Virus record (IMG/VR): IMGVR_UViG_3300028863_000011
Coordinates: 1-28,562 of that record
DNA from: a virus
Lineage: Duplodnaviria; Caudoviricetes
Direction: 5' to 3' (one strand)
Length of the DNA: 28,562 nt
Shown here in pieces: positions 8,364 through 15,250 of this stretch. The notes beneath the pieces are model-generated. The model was not told the origin of the DNA and did no database searches. It saw nothing but the letters and a program-made list of their open reading frames with translations. Position numbers and translations under genes: made by a program. Numbering within the stretch: the stretch's first letter is position 1; each line of letters starts with the position of its first letter.

Positions 8364-9377
8364 ATGACCATGAAAGACTCTCAGCTTATCGCCCAGCTTG
8401 CCTCGCGCGGTGTCGTGCTGGCCCCGGGTGTGACCGACATCTCGACCCCCTCCAGTGCTTACGCGATGGACGCAGCGAGCCTGACGCCGACCCTTATCGG
8501 CACCCCGAACGCGGGTATCCCCACGTTCCTGACCACCTACGTTGACCCAAAGGTGATCGAAGTCCTCGTCGCCCCGATGAAGGCCGCCGAGATTGTCAGC
8601 GAGTCCAAGAAGGGCGACTGGACCACCTTGACGGCTGCCTTCATCCAGGCTGAGCCGACCACACGTGTCGCCACCTACGGCGACTATTCGTCGGACGGCA
8701 CCAGCAACACGAACGTCAACTATCCGCAGCGCCAGTCCTACTTCTTCCAGACCTGGACCCGTTGGGGTCAGCGCGAGCTGGCCATGGCCGGCGCGGGCCG
8801 TGTGGATTGGGCCGCCCAGCTCAACTATTCCAGCGCGCTGGGTATCGCCAAGTTCCTGAACTCAACGTACCTGTTCGGCGTGGCTGGCCTGCAGAATTAC
8901 GGCCTGACCAACGACCCGCGCCTCGTGGCCCCGGTAGCCGCTCCGGTCAACTGGGCAACCGCAACCCCGGATGCGATCTACAACGACATCGTGACCAGGT
9001 ACGGCCAGCTGGTCACCCAGTCGGCGGGCATCATCGAGCAGGAAGACGAGCTGCGCCTGGCCGTCGCTCCGAGCGCAGCAGCCAACCTCAACAACACGAA
9101 CATCTATGGTCTGTCCGCCGCCAAGCTGATTCGCGACGCGTTCCCCAAGATGTCCATCGTCACCGTGCCGGAGTTCGACACGGCTGCCGGCCGCCTGGTG
9201 CAGCTGTGGGCACCGGTCATCGAGGGTCAGGAATCGGCAACCTGTTCGTTTACCGAGAAGATGCGCGCGCATGCGATCGAGACGTACAGCTCGTACTACC
9301 GCCAGAAGAAAAGCGCCGGATCGTGGGGTGCAGTGATCTTTCGTCCTCTGGCGTGTGCACAGACCCTTGGGGTGTAG
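8364..9377 (+). CDS. Major capsid protein (DUF2184-like)
   Basis: AMDAA, NAGIPTFLTTYVDPKVIEVL, KKGDWT and YGLTNDP motifs; strong codon bias; followed by a terminator. Confidence 0.9.
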   Translation: MTMKDSQLIAQLASRGVVLAPGVTDISTPSSAYAMDAASLTPTLIGTPNAGIPTFLTTYVDPKVIEVLVAPMKAAEIVSESKKGDWTTLTAAFIQAEPTTRVATYGDYSSDGTSNTNVNYPQRQSYFFQTWTRWGQRELAMAGAGRVDWAAQLNYSSALGIAKFLNSTYLFGVAGLQNYGLTNDPRLVAPVAAPVNWATATPDAIYNDIVTRYGQLVTQSAGIIEQEDELRLAVAPSAAANLNNTNIYGLSAAKLIRDAFPKMSIVTVPEFDTAAGRLVQLWAPVIEGQESATCSFTEKMRAHAIETYSSYYRQKKSAGSWGAVIFRPLACAQTLGV

Positions 9378-9400
9378 TCGTTAACGATAGTTTAACGTTT

Positions 9401-9430
9401 AGAAAGGCCCGGCTCATGCCGGGCCTTTCT
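9401..9430. terminator. Bidirectional rho-independent terminator
   Basis: Perfect 13 bp inverted repeat AGAAAGGCCCGGC-TCAT-GCCGGGCCTTTCT between convergent genes. Confidence 0.85.
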
Positions 9431-10931
9431 GCATCCAACGCCACAGTTTCTTCCCGCTGTCCCACATGCGAAAAGCGTTCACGGCGTCCTCGATGTCCCA
9501 TTCGGTACGGAGATCAGTCGCGGGATCGAATGCCAAGTCGGTGCGGCCTATCTGTCGCAGCCGCGCCGGCAGTTGTTTACGGGCCCAGGAACTCTTAGGC
9601 CGGAAGCCGAGTGCATGGTGATACACGCGATAGTCAGGCGGGATCTCGCGCGCCAGCTCGAAGCCCATGTGTGCGTACGTGCCGCCGTCGAACCAGTCGT
9701 TGGCGGAGTAGGAAACAACTTCGCGGCAGCCCAGCGTGCGCACGGCGTGCGCGAATAACTTGGATGCGCCGCCCCGCACGCGCGCTGACGTAGCGAACCG
9801 CGTGAGATCCCACACGCCCGACTCGACGCGGTTGCGGTCATAAGCGTCCTTAGCTAACGTCATCACCGCGACCAGGCCGTGCGCGGGGTGCACGAGTCCG
9901 AACCGGTGTGCATAGACTGCGCCCGGCTGCTGCGGGTGGTGACGATCGAGAAACGCTACCGTTTCGGTATTAGGAATCGGCTCAACCGTGCAATCGCGAG
10001 CATGCAGCGCCGGACGGTTGTCGCAGCCCAGCGCCGCCCGTAGCAGATTCTCGAAAGGCGCCCGCCGCTCGGTCCAGTCCTTGCAGGCAATGGCGATCAG
10101 CCGGTAGCCCGCAGCCTTGCACGCTTGATGCTTAATACGTGCTGCGGCCCGCTCGCGCGTGCGCCGATCGGAATGCCAGTACACGTCATTTAGCTCAATA
10201 GCTACGCCACGCGACGGCACGACGATGTCTAGTTCTTTCGGCTTGATGATGGTCCGATCGGACTGGTAGGCGTCAGGACAGAGCGCCTGCACGAAAGCGA
10301 ACAGGTCGCACTCGGTCGGTGAAGGGGCGCCGCTGACGCATTTTTGGCACCCGTAGCCGTGTCCGTGGTTTGCAGGAGTCTGCTCGAATGGTCCGTGTTT
10401 AGGGCAGACGATGGTGACTTTGTCGAGTGCCTGGCGGTAGACCGTCTGCGAGTAGTTGTATTTGTCGCCATGGGCGGCGCGCGCACGTTCCACGAAATGC
10501 GCCAAGTCTTTCTGGCGCCCCGCTGCTTTGCGCAGGTTTCCGCATGCGGGGCAGCCTCGCCCCTGTGTGTGCCAGCCTGCTACCTGCTTGAAAGGACCGT
10601 GCGCTGCACAGCCTATCGCCACACATAGCTGATCGCCGCGATATTCCACGTGGCTATAGTCATACAGGTCACCATGCACTGCGCGGGCTTTGACGATCCA
10701 AGCTGGCGTGTCGAAGCGCTGCCTATCACCGCGCGCGATGTAGCTGCATTCTCGGCAATGGTCGCCTTCAGCGTGCTTGCCCGCCGCTTGCTTGAAGGGT
10801 CCGTGATCCGGACAGATGATGGTGATCTTGGCCTTGCCGCCGTGGATCGTCTGCGGCGGATAGGTGTAGCGGTCGCCGTGTTTTGCGGCGAAACGAGCCA
10901 GCCAGGTTTCTGTGGTGATAGGTGCGTTCAT
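9414..10931 (-). CDS. Zn-finger-repeat endonuclease-like protein (DUF723-like repeats, Vsr/PD-(D/E)XK-like nuclease, GNAT-like C-terminus); probable homing endonuclease
   Basis: Three CxxHGPFxQ...H..G..CxxC repeats, ELDIVVPSRGVAIELNDVYWHS, and C-terminal LTRFAT...GGASKLF...VSYS...GGTYAHMGF. Confidence 0.7.
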   Translation of the reverse strand: MNAPITTETWLARFAAKHGDRYTYPPQTIHGGKAKITIICPDHGPFKQAAGKHAEGDHCRECSYIARGDRQRFDTPAWIVKARAVHGDLYDYSHVEYRGDQLCVAIGCAAHGPFKQVAGWHTQGRGCPACGNLRKAAGRQKDLAHFVERARAAHGDKYNYSQTVYRQALDKVTIVCPKHGPFEQTPANHGHGYGCQKCVSGAPSPTECDLFAFVQALCPDAYQSDRTIIKPKELDIVVPSRGVAIELNDVYWHSDRRTRERAAARIKHQACKAAGYRLIAIACKDWTERRAPFENLLRAALGCDNRPALHARDCTVEPIPNTETVAFLDRHHPQQPGAVYAHRFGLVHPAHGLVAVMTLAKDAYDRNRVESGVWDLTRFATSARVRGGASKLFAHAVRTLGCREVVSYSANDWFDGGTYAHMGFELAREIPPDYRVYHHALGFRPKSSWARKQLPARLRQIGRTDLAFDPATDLRTEWDIEDAVNAFRMWDSGKKLWRWMQKGPA

Positions 10932-10985
10932 GGCTTCAGGTTATCACGTCTGACGCGTGGGGCGCAATGCTTAGCACAGCACTCA

Positions 10986-10997
10986 GTTTGATATGCT
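10986..10997 (+). promoter_or_regulatory. Extended -10 type promoter motif, copy 1
   Basis: GTTTGATATGCT (TG-n-TATGCT), identical to 12277-12288. Confidence 0.55.
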
Positions 10998-11003
10998 AGT
11001 GTC

Positions 11004-11075
11004 GTTTGAGACCTCCGGCGGAGTGGGCGCCGCCGCAGCTCGAACAGGAAGGCCGCCGCAAGGCGGCCTTTCTTT
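11004..11075 (+). ncRNA. Candidate small structured non-coding RNA
   Basis: Starts 7 nt after the -10 box; stems GTTTGAG/CTCGAAC and GGCGG/CCGCC; ends in a terminator hairpin; no credible ORF inside. Confidence 0.5.
11049..11075 (+). terminator. Rho-independent terminator
   Basis: AAGGCCGCC-GCAA-GGCGGCCTT then TCTTT; GNRA loop. May also terminate the leftward transcript. Confidence 0.85.
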
Positions 11076-11289
11076 ATGACACGGTGATGCGCACGACTCC
11101 CCCACCCGTAGCATGCAACCAGCGGCTTTGGATAGCACTTGGTTGGTTATGGACCCAACTGTCACCAGGCGTCCGCATGCGCCAAGCAATAAAGGCAGCC
11201 TGCGCGGTCGGGCCGCAACCACACCAGCGACCATCCGCGCAGTACCATGCTGGGTAGTGTTTTGACTTGGTGAGATGCGGCTTGTTCAT
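11074..11289 (-). CDS. Hypothetical protein
   Basis: 71 aa, ATGA-coupled to the upstream gene, ends at the terminator. Confidence 0.55.
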   Translation of the reverse strand: MNKPHLTKSKHYPAWYCADGRWCGCGPTAQAAFIAWRMRTPGDSWVHNQPSAIQSRWLHATGGGVVRITVS

Positions 11290-11705
11290 CGTGGGCCGCC
11301 ATAGGGCGGACCACTAAAGTACGTAGGCGCAGGCGTGCGGCGCCGGATGCCATAAAGCCCCGCAACCTCATCCAATGCTGCACCGCTAGCTACTTGGACG
11401 GCCGCAGCCCGTTCGGCCGCAGCGCCGCAGCCCGCCATGATGCCTAGCAAGCGCTCGCGCAGCTCGTCGTCGGACTCGACAGCGGGCGCGGGCGCAGCCT
11501 TCGGCGCTAGCGTGCGGCCTAGCGTGATGTTCTTGCTGGCCCGCACGTGCCGGTTGGCGTACGTCCAGACCTCGCCGGTCTCGGTGATGAAGATCGTCCA
11601 GTACAGATCTGATTCCGGGCCGTAGTCGATCAGCAGGTGCGCGAAGCCTTCGCCCTTTGGGCAGGTCATCGGCAGTGGCGGGTTGAGCTGCAGGGCGGTG
11701 CTCAT
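11286..11705 (-). CDS. Hypothetical protein
   Basis: 139 aa ORF in a tightly packed operon with genome-like codon usage. Confidence 0.75.
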   Translation of the reverse strand: MSTALQLNPPLPMTCPKGEGFAHLLIDYGPESDLYWTIFITETGEVWTYANRHVRASKNITLGRTLAPKAAPAPAVESDDELRERLLGIMAGCGAAAERAAAVQVASGAALDEVAGLYGIRRRTPAPTYFSGPPYGGPR

Positions 11706-11706
11706 A

Positions 11707-11997
11707 TCAGCGTGTCCATCGTTCGCGTTCCTCTAGCATGGCCGGTGTCAGGGCCGGATTGTGGTCGCACCAGCGCGAGCCGCGCCGATGCGGAAAGTGA
11801 TAACCCTGGCAGCCCGAACGGTCGGGCCGGCAAGTGTCCTTGCGGTGCCGCTCGTGCGCCTGGCGCCACCCGTCGACCCGTAGCAGCCCTTTGCCGCAGT
11901 GCCGGCACTTAGGCGGACGCACATAGGACTCAGGGTGCCAGCGGATCGTCTGGCGGGCCTGGCAGGCTTTGCGGCGGCAGCGACAGGGCCAGCTCAC
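11707..11997 (-). CDS. Cys/His-rich hypothetical protein (putative Zn-binding)
   Basis: CRCRRKAC, CRHC and C...CQGYHFPHRRGSRWC; GTG start 2 nt after the upstream stop. Confidence 0.65.
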   Translation of the reverse strand: MSWPCRCRRKACQARQTIRWHPESYVRPPKCRHCGKGLLRVDGWRQAHERHRKDTCRPDRSGCQGYHFPHRRGSRWCDHNPALTPAMLEERERWTR

Positions 11998-11999
11998 GG

Positions 12000-12200
12000 C
12001 TAAGCCGCCGTGAGCGCGGATTCAACCATGTTCATTTCGCGACTGACCGGCTTACCCTTCTCGTTGACCTGCACCACGCCGTAGATGTGCTCGCCGACCG
12101 TTTCCGACCAGCGATGGCCCATTACCACGAAAACGCCATAATGACGGCCGTTGACCGCCTGGTGGGTGCAAAACTTGGCTTCGGGAATCATCGTGGTCAT
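12000..12200 (-). CDS. Hypothetical protein
   Basis: AGGAG RBS before ATG 12200, downstream of a sigma70 promoter. Confidence 0.75.
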   Translation of the reverse strand: MTTMIPEAKFCTHQAVNGRHYGVFVVMGHRWSETVGEHIYGVVQVNEKGKPVSREMNMVESALTAA

Positions 12201-12226
12201 GGCGCTGTCTCCTGTGGTGTGGATGA

Positions 12227-12255
12227 AGCTTAGGCGCACCTCACGGCGATGTCAA
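12227..12255 (-). promoter_or_regulatory. Sigma70-like promoter
   Basis: Minus strand TTGACA-17 nt-TAAGCT. Confidence 0.7.
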
Positions 12256-12276
12256 CAACTATTCTAGGCTCATTTT

Positions 12277-12288
12277 GTTTGATATGCT
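12277..12288 (+). promoter_or_regulatory. Extended -10 type promoter motif, copy 2, upstream of head-tail genes
   Basis: GTTTGATATGCT in the divergent intergenic region. Confidence 0.55.
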
Positions 12289-12330
12289 GACCGCACCAAA
12301 CCGTTCGCCCACCTACACGGAGAATCTTCC

Positions 12331-12708
12331 ATGCCCGCTCCCAAGCGTTCCGCTAAGACCGTTTCCATCGCCTGCAAACTGCCGCAGGGCCTGACCGTTC
12401 ACCTGCTCGCTGCCGATGGTACCGCCGGCCCGGTGGTCAAGCTGCACGGCGCCAATTCGCCGTTCAACATCGCCGGCCATGGCATCACCCAGAATGTGCC
12501 GGTCGAGCACTGGGAAGCCATCCAGAAGCAGCATGCGCATGCGCTGTGGCTCAAGAACGAGTTCGTGTTCGCCAACGGCGACGGCGACGATCTGATCGAG
12601 GAAGCCAACGACAAGACCAAGAACCGTAACGGGTTCGAGGCGATCGACCCGAACAATCTGCCGGGTGTGATCCAGAACGACGGCGAAGACGATCCGGGCA
12701 AGGCTTAA
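12331..12708 (+). CDS. Conserved virion-module hypothetical protein
   Basis: GGAG RBS; ACKLPQGL...LHGAN...GITQNVP pattern resembles the gene usually found after the capsid gene in this phage type. Confidence 0.7.
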   Translation: MPAPKRSAKTVSIACKLPQGLTVHLLAADGTAGPVVKLHGANSPFNIAGHGITQNVPVEHWEAIQKQHAHALWLKNEFVFANGDGDDLIEEANDKTKNRNGFEAIDPNNLPGVIQNDGEDDPGKA

Positions 12709-12711
12709 ACC

Positions 12712-13188
12712 ATGGCCATCGTCGTCTTCGATCCGGCGGCCTTCATCGCCGAGTACCCCGAGTTTACCTCGGTGTCGACGGGTCGACTGACGGCGATGTT
12801 CATTCTGGCCGAGCAGGCGATCCTCGACAACACGGACAACTCGCCCGTGATGGACGTGGATTTTCGCACCCAGCTGTTCTACATGCTGGTGGCGCACTTG
12901 TTGACCATCTTTGGAGCCAACCCGACCGTGCCGACTAACCCGCCGCCTGGCCGCATCAGCCAGGCGACGGAAGGCACGGTGACGGCCTCGTTTGAATATG
13001 TCATGCCGGCAGGCTCGGCCATCGCGCCCTGGTTCCTGCAGACCAAGTACGGCGCGATGTACTGGACCTTCACCGCGCCGTTCCGCTCGCTAAAATACGC
13101 CTTCAACGGCGGTAGTGGCATCGGTTTTGCGATCGCCTACGGCTCGCGCCCTGTCGTCGGGTTCGTGCCGGAAGGGTTCGTGCCGTGA
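12712..13188 (+). CDS. Head-tail adaptor (DUF4054-like)
   Basis: FDPAAFIAEYPEF, LVAHL, GRISQATEGTVTASF and WFLQTKYGAMYW. Confidence 0.8.
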   Translation: MAIVVFDPAAFIAEYPEFTSVSTGRLTAMFILAEQAILDNTDNSPVMDVDFRTQLFYMLVAHLLTIFGANPTVPTNPPPGRISQATEGTVTASFEYVMPAGSAIAPWFLQTKYGAMYWTFTAPFRSLKYAFNGGSGIGFAIAYGSRPVVGFVPEGFVP

Positions 13189-13667
13189 GCGTGACTCGCC
13201 GCGGGCTGCGCCTGCCATCGAGCATGGCCGACCAGTTCAAGCCGGGCAGCGTACGCGCTGGCGTGCTATCCGGTGCGACGTATCCGGCTGCCGTGCTGAC
13301 CAACGCGGCCACAGGCGAGAAGCGCCCGGATCCGCGCGCCGGCATGCCGGTAGCGCTCATTGCCGCCGCGCTCGAATACGGCGAGGGGCAGAATCATCCG
13401 CGACCCTTCATGTCGACCACGTTTGCCAAAGAGTCCAGCACCTGGGCCAACGCGTTCACGACGCTACTAAAGAACGGCGAAGGCGCCGAGTCGGCGCTGG
13501 GCACGGTGGGCCAGGTGATGAAAGAGGACGTGCGCGCTACTGTGCTCGAATGGCCGGCAGATAACGCCGAGTCGTGGGCCGAGTTCAAGGGCTTTTCACA
13601 TGGTTTGATTCTGACCGGACACCTGTCAAACTCCATCGAGTCCGAAGTGGCCATGGGGAAAGACTAA
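13185..13667 (+). CDS. Neck/tail-completion protein
   Basis: IAAALEYG...PRPFM and LILTGHLSNSI motifs; GTGA overlap with the upstream gene. Confidence 0.7.
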   Translation: MSVTRRGLRLPSSMADQFKPGSVRAGVLSGATYPAAVLTNAATGEKRPDPRAGMPVALIAAALEYGEGQNHPRPFMSTTFAKESSTWANAFTTLLKNGEGAESALGTVGQVMKEDVRATVLEWPADNAESWAEFKGFSHGLILTGHLSNSIESEVAMGKD

Positions 13668-14230
13668 TGGAGCAGTGGAAGCCGGTTGTAGGGTTTGAAA
13701 GTCAATACGACGTGAGCAACCGGGGTCGCGTGCGGCGGCGCGCTCGCACTGTTATGCGCAGCACAGGCGCCAGTTACAAGGTGTCCGAGAAAGTATTGTC
13801 GCCCGTGACTTACGGGCACAAACGTCTTTATCTGGGTATCGGATTCAAAGTCGCGCCCAAAACTAGCCGTGTGTTTGGCGTGCATCGTTTGGTAGCTGAG
13901 GCGTTTTTGCCGAATCCCGAACAGTGGCCTGACGTTAATCACAAGAACCTCGACAAGCTGGACAACCGCGTCGAAAACTTGGAATGGTGCACCAAAGTAG
14001 CGAACCAAGAACATGCAGCAAAACGCGGTCGTTTCCACGGTCGAACCAATCCCAACGCGCGTTATAAGCTGCAGCCCGAACAGGTTGATGCGATCCAAGC
14101 GCAATTGGCTGCGGGCGCTTCGCAAGCGTTACTAGCGGCCGAATATGGCGTTTCGCGCACAATGATCAGCATGATCAAGACAGGCCGGACTTGGGCGCAG
14201 CCTGCCGAGGTGTACGCACATGTCGTGTGA
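13667..14230 (+). CDS. NUMOD4-HNH homing endonuclease with C-terminal HTH
   Basis: EQWKPVVGFESQYDVSNRGRVR (NUMOD4), VHRLVAEAFLPN...VNHKNLDKLDNRVENLEWCT (HNH), SQALLAAEYGVSRTMIS (HTH); TAATG overlap; lower GC. Confidence 0.93.
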   Translation: MEQWKPVVGFESQYDVSNRGRVRRRARTVMRSTGASYKVSEKVLSPVTYGHKRLYLGIGFKVAPKTSRVFGVHRLVAEAFLPNPEQWPDVNHKNLDKLDNRVENLEWCTKVANQEHAAKRGRFHGRTNPNARYKLQPEQVDAIQAQLAAGASQALLAAEYGVSRTMISMIKTGRTWAQPAEVYAHVV

Positions 14231-14239
14231 GGTGCGCTA

Positions 14240-14671
14240 ATGGGGTTTTTTCTCAACATGCACGACATCGTGCGCGGGGCGATTACGTCGGTCAATGACG
14301 ACGTGCCGGCCATGTGGTACAGCTCCACGGGCTACACCAACAACCAGGGCATTCTGACGCCGACATTCACCACGTTAGCCATCACAGTGCAGGTCCAGGC
14401 GAAGGACCACAGCGGGCGGGTGCACGACCGCGCGCTGAACTACTCCACCGACTTCACGACCGTCTACGCGTACGGCAACCTGGCCGACATGAGCCGGCCC
14501 GACGGCCAAGGCGGCGACATCCTCAACATTGGCGGCGAGTGGTGGTACATCAGTCGCGTGAATGAGTGGTGGCCCACCTGGTGCAGCGTGGAAGTCTCCC
14601 GGCAGGTCAACGCCACTACGCTCGCGCAGCTGCAAGCGCTGATCGCCAACGGCACGGTACCTGCGCCATGA
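14240..14671 (+). CDS. Head closure / head-tail joining protein
   Basis: GAGG RBS; MHDIVRGAITSVN, QVQA, GGDIL and EWWPTWC; position in the neck cluster. Confidence 0.7.
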   Translation: MGFFLNMHDIVRGAITSVNDDVPAMWYSSTGYTNNQGILTPTFTTLAITVQVQAKDHSGRVHDRALNYSTDFTTVYAYGNLADMSRPDGQGGDILNIGGEWWYISRVNEWWPTWCSVEVSRQVNATTLAQLQALIANGTVPAP

Positions 14672-15204
14672 GTGCGGTAGCGACTCTTAGCGCCCGTGAG
14701 GATGTCGTGTTCAACGGCGTGTGGCAGTGGATCGTGCAGCTGCTGGACGTGCCCGATCAGGCCAGCGTGTTCAAGTCCAACCCGAACATGGCCGCGACGC
14801 CCGTGGGCACCTATGCGGTGATCCAGCCAGGCGTGCGCCTACGCCAGAACCAGGGCGTGCGCACCTACGACCCCGTTGGTGGCTTCCAGATCGTGGAACG
14901 CTCCACGACCTACTACTACCAGGTGGATTGCTACGGGCCGCTCGCGCCCGATTGGGCCGATACCTTCGCCATCGCCTGGCGCTCGCTGTGGGGCTGCGAC
15001 AACAACGCCGCATCGGCTGTTTTCACACCGCTTTACGCCGACGAGCCCGTGCAGTTGAACTTTGCCAACGGCGAGCAGATGTACGAGCAGCGCTTTATGA
15101 TCAAGTTATACGCGCAAGTCAGTCAGACCGTGTCGCTGCCGCAGGATTTCTTCACCGAAGTGCCGCCCACAACCCTCATCGTGGCGGACAACTTGCCGCC
15201 CTGA
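14668..15204 (+). CDS. Tail terminator / neck protein
   Basis: ATGA overlap at 14668; QVDCYGP, PLYADEP and EQMYEQRF; directly before the sheath gene. Confidence 0.7.
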   Translation: MSAVATLSAREDVVFNGVWQWIVQLLDVPDQASVFKSNPNMAATPVGTYAVIQPGVRLRQNQGVRTYDPVGGFQIVERSTTYYYQVDCYGPLAPDWADTFAIAWRSLWGCDNNAASAVFTPLYADEPVQLNFANGEQMYEQRFMIKLYAQVSQTVSLPQDFFTEVPPTTLIVADNLPP

Positions 15205-15250
15205 TTTGCTATAGAATCCCTCTCGCAACCCTTTTCCTGGAGCCCGACCC

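Noticed and set aside
11004-11075. tRNA interpretation of the ~72 nt structured element
   Set aside because: No TTC T-loop, D-loop or cloverleaf, and the 3' hairpin is a terminator.
13667-14230. Group I intron around the HNH gene
   Set aside because: Both flanking genes look complete and there is no non-coding space for an intron core; it is a free-standing endonuclease.
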